From Minisyncoccia bacterium (lineage in GTDB: Bacteria > Patescibacteriota > Minisyncoccia > Phycocordibacterales > XYD1-FULL-46-19), in assembly GCA_041601795.1 (NCBI GenBank), contig JBFIHK010000002.1:1-47544 (forward strand): 47,544 nucleotides of DNA, given 5' to 3'. Under the pieces are notes generated by a model. That model ran no database searches and was not told the origin of the DNA. It was given only the letters and a program-made list of their open reading frames with translations. Made by a program: the position numbers and the translations under genes. Of the stretch, positions 14,520 through 24,055 are shown in pieces (within the stretch, counting starts at the first letter, position 1; every line of letters begins with the position of its first letter).

Positions 14520-14727
14520 TAAAGATAGGCATTTTTACTTATCCACAAGTTGTTGGTTTTAAAAAATATGATATTTGTTAGGCTAATAAGTGAGGTAGGA
14601 TAGTTTGAAAGATTATGCTGTAAGGTTATAATCACTCGTTTTTTAAACGAATCGATAGAACTATTTTACCTCATTAAAGAAACCGGCTTTGAAGCGGGTT
14701 TTTTTAATGTTTGGTATAATAAATATT

Positions 14728-15405
14728 ATGATGAAAAATATTTTTATTACAGGTATAGATAAAGGAATAGGGTTGGCGCTAGCTGAGAAGTTTTTAGACC
14801 AAGGTCATTTTGTTTTTGGGACCGTTTTAACTAAAAAACCTAATCTCCCTCTAGAGAATTTACAAATTTTTACTTTAGATTTGTCCTCGACCGAAAGTGT
14901 TGGAAATTGTAGTCGGGAAATTTTAGCTGCTAGTAAAAAGATTGATATTTTTATTAATAATGCTGGTGTTTTAATAGATAAAGAAGAAGAGGGGGTAGTA
15001 ATCGAAAAACTTCGTCAGACTCTAGAAGTAAATTTAATTGGTACGATAGATATTACAGAGAAATTATTATCGGCCATTAATACCGACGGCCATATAATAA
15101 ATATTTCTTCATCGGCCGGGTCTCTTACTTTAACGGGTTCGGGCACTAGTCATTATCCGGGCCACTACCCAGCTTATAAAATATCTAAAACTGCGCTCAA
15201 TATGTATACTCGGACTTTGGCTGAGAGATTAAAAGATTGGGGTATTATAGTGTCAGCAGTTAATCCAGGTTGGGTTAAAACCGATATGGGTACAGAAAGG
15301 GCAAACTTAGAACCACAAGAAGTAGCCACTAATATATTTAATTTTGCTTTATCTAAACCTGAAACGGGCCACTTCTGGTTTAAGGCAGAAAAAATGCCTT
15401 GGTAA
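14728..15405 (+). CDS. Short-chain dehydrogenase/reductase (SDR)
   Basis: ITGIDKGIGLA cofactor motif, NNAG, and catalytic YKISK. ATG 14728 preferred over the TTG 14689 track start. Confidence 0.85.
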   Translation: MMKNIFITGIDKGIGLALAEKFLDQGHFVFGTVLTKKPNLPLENLQIFTLDLSSTESVGNCSREILAASKKIDIFINNAGVLIDKEEEGVVIEKLRQTLEVNLIGTIDITEKLLSAINTDGHIINISSSAGSLTLTGSGTSHYPGHYPAYKISKTALNMYTRTLAERLKDWGIIVSAVNPGWVKTDMGTERANLEPQEVATNIFNFALSKPETGHFWFKAEKMPW

Positions 15406-15472
15406 AATGTTACAAGTTAAAAACAAGTGTTATAATAAGTAATAAGGTATTAAAAGTTTAATTTTTAATTTT

Positions 15473-15589
15473 ATGATGAACGTATATGGACAATTGTTCG
15501 GTTTAGTTAATAGTTTAGTAGCTTTAGTGGTGTTGGTGGATTTAATTTTGGTTGGCATTTGGTTGTGGCAGAAAATTTCTAAGAAATAA
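15473..15589 (+). CDS. Possible 38-aa hydrophobic micro-protein
   Basis: ATG...TAA ORF read by eye: MMNVYGQLFGLVNSLVALVVLVDLILVGIWLWQKISKK. One TM helix. Not in the ORF track (below the length cutoff). Confidence 0.3.
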   Translation: MMNVYGQLFGLVNSLVALVVLVDLILVGIWLWQKISKK

Positions 15590-15706
15590 GTTAAATAAAA
15601 AGTCTCGGAAAGTTATGAAGATTTGCCGTCTTTATATTTTTTAATTGACCTATAAAGGTTATTTTTATAGCTGTTTTTAAATTTTAAATTTGATATTATA
15701 AAATAA

Positions 15707-16141
15707 ATGTCGACGTCTCTGAAATTTTTTTTGTTGTCACGCTCTTATGAGCAATTTTTGGTTACAGCTTTACGGCTAGGCTTAGGCCTTATCTTTATTT
15801 GGTTTGGTCTTTTGAAAGTTTTTGGATTTAATCCTGTTTTTGATCTTATTTATCACTCGCTTATGCCGTGGCTGGCGGCTGATGTTGGTCTTATTGTCCT
15901 AGGAGTAGGCGAATTTATTATTGGGTTACTTCTGTGTGTAAATCGTTTTTTAGTTTTTACCCATAGTCTTGTGTTTTTGCATTTAGTAGGTACTTTTTCA
16001 ACTTTTATTTTTGGATGGACTATTATTTTTGACCCTTATTTTCCAGTTTTATCTATAGACGGGGAGTTTGTAATAAAAAATATTATTTTAGCTTTGTCTG
16101 GGCTTGTGGTTTTAACTTATGAATTAAGGAAAAAGAGTTAA
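15707..16141 (+). CDS. Hypothetical integral membrane protein (4 TM)
   Basis: 144-aa hydrophobic ORF. Resembles DoxX/YkgB-like small membrane proteins, but no firm motif. Confidence 0.6.
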   Translation: MSTSLKFFLLSRSYEQFLVTALRLGLGLIFIWFGLLKVFGFNPVFDLIYHSLMPWLAADVGLIVLGVGEFIIGLLLCVNRFLVFTHSLVFLHLVGTFSTFIFGWTIIFDPYFPVLSIDGEFVIKNIILALSGLVVLTYELRKKS

Positions 16142-16205
16142 TATTTTTTGTTGGTCAAAAACAAAAGACCTTATTATGAGAAAAAATACAATATTGGTAT
16201 AAGTT

Positions 16206-16245
16206 AAAAACCACTTACTTTACAGGTAAATGGTTTTTGTTTTTG
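16206..16245. terminator. Hairpin terminator between convergent genes
   Basis: aaccacttac...gtaaatggtt stem (one mismatch) flanked by an A-run and a T-run. Confidence 0.55.
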
Positions 16246-16258
16246 GGTGTTGTTTTGT

Positions 16259-19200
16259 TTATTTGTTTTGAGCTTGTTTAATAATGTTTAAGGCTTTACT
16301 CAGAGCACCTTCAAAAGTGTTTTCATTGAGTGAGTAGCTAAAGAAGCGAGCACTGTCTGTTTTCCAGCCGTCTTGGCTTAAGAGTCTACCAACAGAAACT
16401 TTTTTGGTGGCAAAGTCTATCATGAGTGAACCTTGGAAACCACCTATTTTATGTAAGGACAGTTTAGTGCCGTCTATTTTAACTTTAATATTATCGGGGA
16501 CAATATCTTTTCCTAAAAGGGCTTGCCACAGAGCTGGCCGGTCTGGGTTAACTAAAGCTTGAGCCAGTTTTAGTTCGCCGTCCGGAGTCCAATTTAAACT
16601 TCGAGTAATATCTAGAGCGGATAAAATAGCTTGAGGGTTATTGCTGTTTTCAACTAAATTGTTGAAAATCACTAATTGATTGGTATCTAAATTGCCTTTA
16701 GCGTCTGTTAAAAGAATAGACCTTTCTCCATTTAACAAATTAACTAAAACATCAAATTTGCTACCTGGTTTTATGTCACCATTTTCAGCTAAACCGGTAA
16801 TATTAAAATCTTTTTCATAATGAGAAATAGAGTTCGCCAGACCTTGGGGGAAGTTGTATTTTTCATGCAGAATAGAAGCGGTGTGGTTTAAGTTGGTATC
16901 TACTTCGGTCTTAATAGATTCTAGAGGTGTTTTTGCTTCCATTTGTTTTTCTAAGACAGAAATGTCTTTGGGGGTTCTTTCAGTGGGGGCTTCTGGAGAG
17001 ATTTGTGTTTCTTGATGATGAAAATTAGGCTCAATTACAGATTCTTTGCTTTCATATTTATCGGCTAGCATTTGTTGCCAAGTTCCTTCGCCGGTGGCTT
17101 GAGCGTATTTTATAATAGGTGAGTCTTGATCTATTTTTTCAGTAGCCCTGTCTAAGAGGGGTTTAAAAACATCGCGGTTAAATTTGTCATAATCGGAAAT
17201 AATTAATTGGCCGTCAGAAAATTTTACATATTCTCCAACTGTATTGGGATTAAGACCAGCAATAGCATGTTTATTGATTATAACTTCTCTAATATTAGCT
17301 AAAACATTTTCTAAGCGTGCGGCTTCCACTTTATCAAAAAATTCTGGTGTTTTATCGTCGTAAGCTTGCATGACTACTCGACGCAAGGTTTGGTCTAGAG
17401 TTTTAAAATCACCATTTTGACCGACTTCATAAACAACAGAAACCTTACCATAAGGATCGGTGATAACATTAGCCCCTGTGTTTTCAAATAGAGCCAAGCG
17501 CGAATAAGGTTTCCTGTTGATGTCTTCTAAGTTTATATCCGGGCGGTAGGGAATAGGGGGAATATCATCATTACTTTCTTGGTCGGTGATACTTTTAAAG
17601 ATATCACCAAGAGGGTTCGATTCTGCATCTTTTTCAGCTGAGTAACGTATAGGGCCTTCAGGTAGGATGTCAGGTTCTAAATCGTCGGGAGTGTTTTTAT
17701 CTTGTGTTAAAATACTTTCAAAATACTCGCTTTTGTCTAGAGCTAGGTTGTAAACATGGGTGGCAGCTTTGTATAAAGTGTCGGCCATCATGGCAAGCAC
17801 CACCCCTTTAGAAGCTGTTTCCACATTTTTGGCAGTCATCGCTAGAACATCAATAGTGCCGTAGCCACTGATCATACGTTCCATTTCTGTAAGCTTATTT
17901 TCATAAGAGGCAAATAACTTTTGCTTTTTAAGTTCTTTTTTAGAGCTTGCCAGTTTATCGTCGTTTTCAATTTTATTTAACTTTTTTTCTACTCGGCTTA
18001 ACCAAAATTTATTTTGCCATTGGGCTACTCCTTGAGACATACCAGCAAGCATTAAGCGAGCTTCGTCTAATTTGTTGATATTTTTTTTCTTACCCTTAGA
18101 AATACTACGAGCAACCCTTTGTAATCGTTGCCGGCTTTCTTTTAATTCATCATAGCTCCTCATTTTACGAGTTAGTGAACCGTAAAGAGTATTGTCTAAG
18201 TTGTTTGCTGTTTCTCTGGCTGTTTCTTGAATTGATATTTCTTCTTCAATTTCCTCGATAGTTTTTCCTTCTTTTTGACCTTTTTTTATAATAGCTTCTT
18301 TTTCATGCCATTTTAAGCTTGTATTTCTTTCTGCTTTTTTCCGAAGAACATCATCACCAGAAAGGCGAGCTTCTTTGGTTCCTCTGGATATTTCTTCTAC
18401 TCCACTGGCGATTAACATAACAGAGCGCAAAGGGGCTCCAGCTCCAACGTCGCTTAAGATGCGACTAATTTTAAGAGCGGTACCAATTGGCCGGCCAATG
18501 TTGCCAGCTGAAGTTAAAAAACCACCTTGTTTGTTTTGGGTATTGTTTATAATGTTTTCTACTTGTTCTGCTTTACCACGACGACCAGAGGCTAATCCAT
18601 GTAGAAATCTAGTTAAAGTATCTTGGTCGCGTAAATCTTGATTATTTTCATTAGGATTTTTAAATTTTGTGGCTGACTTTTCTAATATGTTAGCAATTTT
18701 TTCATTTTTCCATTTATCAATTCGATAACCTAAAGTATTTAAGCCGTATTTAACTTTTTCTTTTTTATCGTCGGGTAGAGATTCTATTTCTGCCATCACT
18801 TCTTCAGCTCTAGAGGCCACTTTTTCTATATTTTCTATTAAACCGTCAGAAGCTAAATTCTCTTTTATTTCTTTAATAGTTTCTGGAGGTAGAAGTTCTT
18901 TTTTACTGCCCTCGACTTCTATGTGGTCAGATAAATCTAAATTTTCTTTAAATGCAGGGTCAATATTTTTATCTAAATCAGCCTCGTTGAAAGGCGTTTC
19001 TGTATTTTCTTTGGCCGTTTTGTTCCTGGTCTCTAGGGTTTCTTTTATATCAGCAACAGCTTTTTTATAAGTAGGGGGGTAATCCGGATTGGGGTTGTTT
19101 TCTCTGTCGTAAGCCGCTTGCAAGATTTCTTTATTTGGAAGGTCTTTTGGTTGATTTCTATCTGTAGTATCAAATTTAGGCACTAAAGTATTGTCTTTTA

Positions 19201-19738
19201 GTCTATTTGTCTGATTGGTTATTAGTTTTGTTTCTTCGCCGGTCGAATCATTTTTTTGTCTAGTTTTTAAAATATCTTCCAAGGCTGTTTTGTAGGATTG
19301 GGGGTAAGATTTTCCAAGTTCATTTTTGGGGTCATTAGTTTCATTCGGAGAAGTAGCCTCAACATTTGGTTTTGAGGTATCAGAAGGTAGATCTGATTCT
19401 GAGTTTTCTAAAGGTGGAGTTTTGATTTCTGAAATGTTTTCTTGAAGTGTCTTTTTTGGGGCTTGAGTTTCTTCTTCGTGTTTTAATTTTTTATATAATG
19501 GTTCTAATTTGTCTGCTAAATTCACCCCAATTGTTTCTTCGGGAGTGTTTACTTGATTGTTAAAAGGAGTTCTTTCTTGAGGCGTTTCTTTTGTTTCAAG
19601 TTTTAAATTTATTTCTGTGTGGTCATTGAAATTTCGTTTCAATTCTTCCATCGTTTCTTGGTCTCTAAGGTCTGGTTTTCGGGTGATTCTAGAGCCTTCC
19701 TTAGGTTCATTTTTATTGAAAGAATATTCTTGATTCAT
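16259..19738 (-). CDS. Large orphan protein (1159 aa), charged low-complexity N-terminal third
   Basis: Long uninterrupted ORF. No signal peptide, TM segment or enzymatic motif recognised. Internal repeated motif YPxxYKxAxxDIxxT occurs twice. Confidence 0.75.
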   Translation of the reverse strand: MNQEYSFNKNEPKEGSRITRKPDLRDQETMEELKRNFNDHTEINLKLETKETPQERTPFNNQVNTPEETIGVNLADKLEPLYKKLKHEEETQAPKKTLQENISEIKTPPLENSESDLPSDTSKPNVEATSPNETNDPKNELGKSYPQSYKTALEDILKTRQKNDSTGEETKLITNQTNRLKDNTLVPKFDTTDRNQPKDLPNKEILQAAYDRENNPNPDYPPTYKKAVADIKETLETRNKTAKENTETPFNEADLDKNIDPAFKENLDLSDHIEVEGSKKELLPPETIKEIKENLASDGLIENIEKVASRAEEVMAEIESLPDDKKEKVKYGLNTLGYRIDKWKNEKIANILEKSATKFKNPNENNQDLRDQDTLTRFLHGLASGRRGKAEQVENIINNTQNKQGGFLTSAGNIGRPIGTALKISRILSDVGAGAPLRSVMLIASGVEEISRGTKEARLSGDDVLRKKAERNTSLKWHEKEAIIKKGQKEGKTIEEIEEEISIQETARETANNLDNTLYGSLTRKMRSYDELKESRQRLQRVARSISKGKKKNINKLDEARLMLAGMSQGVAQWQNKFWLSRVEKKLNKIENDDKLASSKKELKKQKLFASYENKLTEMERMISGYGTIDVLAMTAKNVETASKGVVLAMMADTLYKAATHVYNLALDKSEYFESILTQDKNTPDDLEPDILPEGPIRYSAEKDAESNPLGDIFKSITDQESNDDIPPIPYRPDINLEDINRKPYSRLALFENTGANVITDPYGKVSVVYEVGQNGDFKTLDQTLRRVVMQAYDDKTPEFFDKVEAARLENVLANIREVIINKHAIAGLNPNTVGEYVKFSDGQLIISDYDKFNRDVFKPLLDRATEKIDQDSPIIKYAQATGEGTWQQMLADKYESKESVIEPNFHHQETQISPEAPTERTPKDISVLEKQMEAKTPLESIKTEVDTNLNHTASILHEKYNFPQGLANSISHYEKDFNITGLAENGDIKPGSKFDVLVNLLNGERSILLTDAKGNLDTNQLVIFNNLVENSNNPQAILSALDITRSLNWTPDGELKLAQALVNPDRPALWQALLGKDIVPDNIKVKIDGTKLSLHKIGGFQGSLMIDFATKKVSVGRLLSQDGWKTDSARFFSYSLNENTFEGALSKALNIIKQAQNK

Positions 19739-19840
19739 AAGTTAAGTATAAAGGTAATTTTTTTTTAAAAAAAGGTTTAAAATTATATTTTGTTGATAAA
19801 GCGACAGACAAAATTTAAAACGGAGACTATACTTTTACAT

Positions 19841-20320
19841 ATGAATAAAGTACTAGAAAAAGTTGGTTTCGCTGGAGGGTGTTTTTGGGGTGTTCAACAA
19901 ATTTTTGACCACTTGGTGGGGGTAAAGAAAACACAGGCCGGTTATATGGGGGGCGATAAAGATAATCCAACTTATGAAGAAGTATGTACTGGCCGGACAG
20001 GTCACGCGGAGGTGGTAGAGGTTATCTATGATCCTAATATAATTTCTTTTAATGATTTATTGGAAAAATTTTGGAGCCTGCACGATCCTACAACAAAAAA
20101 CCGTCAAGGGCCTGATGTGGGCACTCAATATCGTTCGGTTATTTTTTATTATACGGCAGACCAAAAAGTGCTAGCAGAATCTGCCAAAGAAAAATTAAAT
20201 CAATCAGGTAAATTTTTCAATCCTGTAGTGACGGAAATAGTACCCGCGACACATTTTTGGCCAGCCGAAGATTATCATCAAAAATACAATGAGAAAAATG
20301 GACGAACTTGCCATATATAA
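19841..20320 (+). CDS. msrA: Peptide methionine (S)-S-oxide reductase
   Basis: GGCFWGVQ active-site motif. Start set at ATG 19841. Confidence 0.9.
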   Translation: MNKVLEKVGFAGGCFWGVQQIFDHLVGVKKTQAGYMGGDKDNPTYEEVCTGRTGHAEVVEVIYDPNIISFNDLLEKFWSLHDPTTKNRQGPDVGTQYRSVIFYYTADQKVLAESAKEKLNQSGKFFNPVVTEIVPATHFWPAEDYHQKYNEKNGRTCHI

Positions 20321-20912
20321 AAAATATATTTACCCGATAATATTTTCATTACTTTATATCTGTGGTTTTAGTATTTACTATTTGCTAATCGGAGACTGGG
20401 AATTTTTGTGGTATGTGGTGGTAATGATATTTTTTCTATGTTTAATTATTGGAACTATTAAATATACTAAACTTAGTTTGCTGGCGGTATGGGGTTTGTG
20501 TTTGTGGGGGTTGCTTCATATGGCTGGAGGAGGTTTGGTGGTAGGAGGAGAAGTTTTGTACGCTTATAAAATATTTCCTTTTCTAGACTTAGGCGGTGAG
20601 TTTTATATTTTAAAATTTGATCAAGTAGTACATGTTTTTGGTTTTGCAGTGGCTACTTTAGTTATGTATGAAATTATGACGTCTAGATGGACTGGTAGTC
20701 GAAACTTGTTAATTTTTGTGGTTGTTTTAACTGGTATGGGGTTGGGGGTAATTAATGAAATCGTAGAATTTGTGGCAGTGATTATTTTTCCAGAAACTGG
20801 AGTTGGGGGGTATCACAATACTTTATTGGATTTAATTTTTAACACCCTAGGTTCTATTATGGTGGCTACTTATATTTATTTCCAACGTGGGGTAAGAGAA
20901 GTGAGAAAGTAA
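20289..20912 (+). CDS. Hypothetical integral membrane protein
   Basis: 207-aa ORF with five or more hydrophobic helices. Overlaps the msrA stop by 32 nt. Confidence 0.6.
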   Translation: MRKMDELAIYKKYIYPIIFSLLYICGFSIYYLLIGDWEFLWYVVVMIFFLCLIIGTIKYTKLSLLAVWGLCLWGLLHMAGGGLVVGGEVLYAYKIFPFLDLGGEFYILKFDQVVHVFGFAVATLVMYEIMTSRWTGSRNLLIFVVVLTGMGLGVINEIVEFVAVIIFPETGVGGYHNTLLDLIFNTLGSIMVATYIYFQRGVREVRK

Positions 20913-21012
20913 TTTTTCTTACTTACGAGCTTAAAAAGGGGAGCAGGGGTTTGATTTGACCTTATATATAGACAGCTATTTTTTATTTTAAAAAACATAT
21001 ATAGTATTAAAT

Positions 21013-22014
21013 ATGTTGACTACTGATGAAAAAAAGATAGGCCAAGAAATTTTGTTAGAAATAAAGCAAGCCAAAAGTATTTTATTACACTTGCATCCTA
21101 ACCCCGACCCCGATTCAATCGGTTCAGCTCTAGCTATGGCCGAAGCTTGTCAGAATTTGGGTAAAAAAGCCACCATTATAAGTGGTGACTCAGCTTTACC
21201 AAAGTCTCTTGTTTTTTTACCTGGATTTAATGATATTTTAGTTCAATCTTGGACAGATATAGATTTAACAACCTTTGATTTATTTATTGCTGGTGACAGT
21301 GGTTCACCCGAAATGGTAAGTAAGGAGGTAGATGTTACTCAAGTTGATAGTTTAAAAATAATAGTTATAGACCATCACGCTACGAATACTTTTTATGGAG
21401 ACATTAATTTTGTTATAGATGCTCCGGCTACAACTCAAGTTTTGTTTGAACTTTTTTCTTTGTGGGGAATAGAAATTTCTTCAACTATGGCTACTAATAT
21501 GTTTGTTGGGCTGTATGCTGATACGGGAGGTTTTAAATACGACTACACTCAACCAGAAACTTTTGCTATTGCAGGTAGGTTGATTGCTAAAAACCCAAAA
21601 GCTCTAAAGATGGTACGAATGATGCAAATGCAAAATACTCCTAAAAGTCTAGATTATAAAATGTTGGCTTATCAAAATATAAATATTTGTGCCAATGGTA
21701 GGGCTGCTGTGTCGGCTATGTCTTTTTCAGATTTGGAAGCTAAAAAAATAAAAACAGAAGATGTTGAAAGTGTGTCTTTGGGCAATGACTTATTATCTGT
21801 AGCTAAGTGGCAAGTTGTGGCTACTTTGGTTGAAAAAAGGCCAGGAGAAATAAAGTTAAGTTTACGATCTAAAGATGAAAATTTATATAATGTGGCTAAA
21901 GTGGCTCAAATTTTTGGTGGTGGTGGCCACAAAGCAGCCGCTGGGGCTAAACTAGAAACCACCTTAGAGGAAGCTTTAATTAAGGTTGTTTCAGCTATTG
22001 AGAATATTTTTTAA
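21013..22014 (+). CDS. nrnA: DHH-family phosphoesterase (NrnA-like oligoribonuclease/pAp phosphatase)
   Basis: HPNPDPDSIGS, DHH (VIDHHATN) and DHHA1 GGGHKAAAG motifs. Confidence 0.85.
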   Translation: MLTTDEKKIGQEILLEIKQAKSILLHLHPNPDPDSIGSALAMAEACQNLGKKATIISGDSALPKSLVFLPGFNDILVQSWTDIDLTTFDLFIAGDSGSPEMVSKEVDVTQVDSLKIIVIDHHATNTFYGDINFVIDAPATTQVLFELFSLWGIEISSTMATNMFVGLYADTGGFKYDYTQPETFAIAGRLIAKNPKALKMVRMMQMQNTPKSLDYKMLAYQNINICANGRAAVSAMSFSDLEAKKIKTEDVESVSLGNDLLSVAKWQVVATLVEKRPGEIKLSLRSKDENLYNVAKVAQIFGGGGHKAAAGAKLETTLEEALIKVVSAIENIF

Positions 22015-22104
22015 ATTGGACTTTAACAAAATTACATGCTTTTATTTTAGGGAAACGAGGTCTTTAACTTTAAGTTAGACAAAGAAAAAGGAAAGGAGGA
22101 AGTT

Positions 22105-22299
22105 ATGTCTGAGTCTCGGTTGGAAGTTCCAGTCAAAAAAGTCGTCATTTTTGGCGACAAGGAAAATAGAAAAGCAGCTAGAATTTTTTTAGTTAATCAC
22201 AAAGGGCTCAAATCTGAAATAGTGACGGAAGAAGATCGTCCTCGGGATTTTCGTCAAGATGAAATTCCAATTAACGCAGACGCCTTTCTTTTTGGTTGA
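22105..22299 (+). CDS. Small hypothetical protein (64 aa)
   Basis: Strong RBS aaggaggaag upstream. A 12-bp terminator follows directly. Confidence 0.5.
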   Translation: MSESRLEVPVKKVVIFGDKENRKAARIFLVNHKGLKSEIVTEEDRPRDFRQDEIPINADAFLFG

Positions 22300-22305
22300 C
22301 TGGTA

Positions 22306-22346
22306 AAGCTGGTGCGCAACTTGGGTGCGCACCAGCTTTTCTTTTT
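22306..22346 (+). terminator. Intrinsic terminator
   Basis: aagctggtgcgc...gcgcaccagctt 12-bp stem, then ttctttt. Confidence 0.85.
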
Positions 22347-22392
22347 AAAAATTTATGGTATAAATAAAATATATAAGATAATTTATATATTT

Positions 22393-22593
22393 ATGACTCA
22401 CAAAAAACTCTACCGCAGTAATAAAGATAAGATAATTTCTGGCTTTTTGGGCGGAATAGCAGAATATTCTGATGTTGATGCCACTATTTTAAGATTGATT
22501 TATGTCGCCTTGTGTTTGGTTACAGGCGGAGTACCTTTTGTTATTTTGTATTTACTAGCCATAGTGATTGTTCCTAAAAACCCTAAAGATTAG
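22393..22593 (+). CDS. PspC-domain membrane protein
   Basis: LYRSNKDKIISGFLGGIAEYSDVDATILRLIYV is the PspC N-terminal domain. The track start 22312 lies inside the upstream terminator, so ATG 22393 is used. Confidence 0.8.
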   Translation: MTHKKLYRSNKDKIISGFLGGIAEYSDVDATILRLIYVALCLVTGGVPFVILYLLAIVIVPKNPKD

Positions 22594-22622
22594 ATTTAAG
22601 GTTTAAATTAGGGCTTCTTTTA

Positions 22623-22651
22623 TTGACTTTACTTATTTATTGACGTAGTAT
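22623..22651 (+). promoter_or_regulatory. Candidate sigma70-type promoter for secE-nusG-rplK
   Basis: TTGACT - 17 nt - TAGTAT. Confidence 0.3.
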
Positions 22652-22705
22652 AAAAGAGCCCTGCGGGGTTTTTTTATTAGCGTCTACTCGCTTATTATAA
22701 AATAA

Positions 22706-22885
22706 ATGTCTTTTTTAAATTATTTACAATCAACTAAAGCTGAGTTGAAACATGTTAACTGGCCAACTCAAAAACAAGCCATTATTTATACTGCTATAGT
22801 TATAGTAATCGCTCTTGGAGTGGGAGCATATTTGGGTGCTCTTGATTTTATTTTTATTACATTATTAGAACAGTTTATTTTATAA
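22706..22885 (+). CDS. secE: Preprotein translocase subunit SecE
   Basis: 59-aa ORF read by eye: MSFLNYLQSTKAELKHVNWPTQKQAIIYTAIVIVIALGVGAYLGALDFIFITLLEQFIL. Position immediately upstream of nusG. Confidence 0.85.
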   Translation: MSFLNYLQSTKAELKHVNWPTQKQAIIYTAIVIVIALGVGAYLGALDFIFITLLEQFIL

Positions 22886-22890
22886 AAATT

Positions 22891-23436
22891 ATGGCTAAAC
22901 AAGAATTAGATCAAGGTCGTAATTGGTATGCTATTCATACTTATGCTGGTTATGAAAATGCGGTTACTCGTAACTTGAAACAACGTATAGAGTCTTTAGG
23001 AATGGAAGATAAAATTTTTAATGTTTTAGTCCCAACAGAAAAAAAGGTTAAAATTAAAGCTGGGAAAAGAGTAGAGGAAGAAGAAAAGATCTATCCTGGT
23101 TATGTTTTGGTAGACATGATAGTAAATGATGATTCTTGGTATGTGGTTAGAAACACTCCGCGGGTGACTGGTTTTATTGGCTCTGGAGTAGTACCAGTAC
23201 CACTAGAAAAAGGAGAAGTAGATGAACTATTTCGTCGCATGAACTCAGATAATACTACTCATACTATAGATTTAACCCTAGATGAGGCTGTAACTATTGT
23301 TGATGGTCCGTTTAAAGATTTTGAAGGTAAAGTCAGTGAGGTGGATAATGCTAGAGGTAAAGTAAAAGTTTTAGTCACCATGTTTGGACGAGAAACACCA
23401 GTAGAGTTAGATTTTTTGCAGGTCAAAAAGATTTAA
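22891..23436 (+). CDS. nusG: Transcription termination/antitermination factor NusG
   Basis: WYAIHTYAGYENAV NGN start and a C-terminal KOW region. Confidence 0.92.
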   Translation: MAKQELDQGRNWYAIHTYAGYENAVTRNLKQRIESLGMEDKIFNVLVPTEKKVKIKAGKRVEEEEKIYPGYVLVDMIVNDDSWYVVRNTPRVTGFIGSGVVPVPLEKGEVDELFRRMNSDNTTHTIDLTLDEAVTIVDGPFKDFEGKVSEVDNARGKVKVLVTMFGRETPVELDFLQVKKI

Positions 23437-23482
23437 CTTGCGATTATATGAAAAATCAGTATAGTAAAACAGTTATAAAAAC

Positions 23483-23905
23483 ATGGCTAAAAAAATAATA
23501 AAAAAATTAAAGTTACAAATTCAAGGTGGAGCCGCTAATCCAGCCCCTCCTGTAGGACCAGCTTTAGGACAAGCGGGTATTAATATTGGTGAATTTGTTA
23601 ATCAATTTAACTCGGCCACAGCTGAAATGAGGGGGGATGTGATCCCGGTAGAGATTTCAGTTTTTGAGGATAGAAGTTTTAGTTTTGTTTTAAAAACTCC
23701 TCCTGCTTCTCGCCTCATATTAAAAGCTGCTGGTATAGCTAAGGGTTCTGGTAAGAATTTAGTTAAGAAGGCTGGCAAAATTTCTATGGATCAAGTGAGA
23801 GAAATTGCTGAAAAGAAATTGGTTGATTTAAATGCTAGAGACATAGACGCAGCCGCTAAAACTATTGCTGGCACTGCTCGCTCTATGGGGGTGGAAGTGA
23901 AATAA
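23483..23905 (+). CDS. rplK: 50S ribosomal protein L11
   Basis: [16 protein letters not shown] motif. Confidence 0.95.
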   Translation: MAKKIIKKLKLQIQGGAANPAPPVGPALGQAGINIGEFVNQFNSATAEMRGDVIPVEISVFEDRSFSFVLKTPPASRLILKAAGIAKGSGKNLVKKAGKISMDQVREIAEKKLVDLNARDIDAAAKTIAGTARSMGVEVK

Positions 23906-23993
23906 GATACTTCCACTAGCCGGAACGCGACGGCGTGAGGCGGGCCTGCGCAATTTTTCAGCAGAAAAATATGTGTGAGTGGAAGTGAAATAA
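23906..23993 (+). repeat. Short element after rplK with sense-antisense-sense copies of the rplK 3' end
   Basis: gtggaagtgaaataa at 23891-23905 is repeated at 23979-23993. The antisense acttccac is at 23909-23916. Confidence 0.65.
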
Positions 23994-24018
23994 TTACTGT
24001 TACGAATAAATAAATTTA

Positions 24019-24055
24019 AAAAACAAAAATCCACCTAAGTGGATTTTTGTTTTTT
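24019..24055 (+). terminator. Intrinsic terminator of the secE-nusG-rplK operon
   Basis: aaaaatccac-ctaa-gtggattttt followed by gtttttt. Confidence 0.85.

Noticed and set aside
14241-14532. Track ORFs 14241-14447 (-) and 14323-14532 (-)
   Set aside because: They are antisense to tRNA-His and its element, and they overlap each other.
10571-22392. Extended non-ATG starts given by the ORF track for 10571, 11741, 12468, 14689, 19790 and 22312
   Set aside because: The extensions begin at TTG/GTG codons inside tRNA-linked elements, terminators or the upstream gene. Downstream ATGs give N-termini that match the protein families or a signal anchor.
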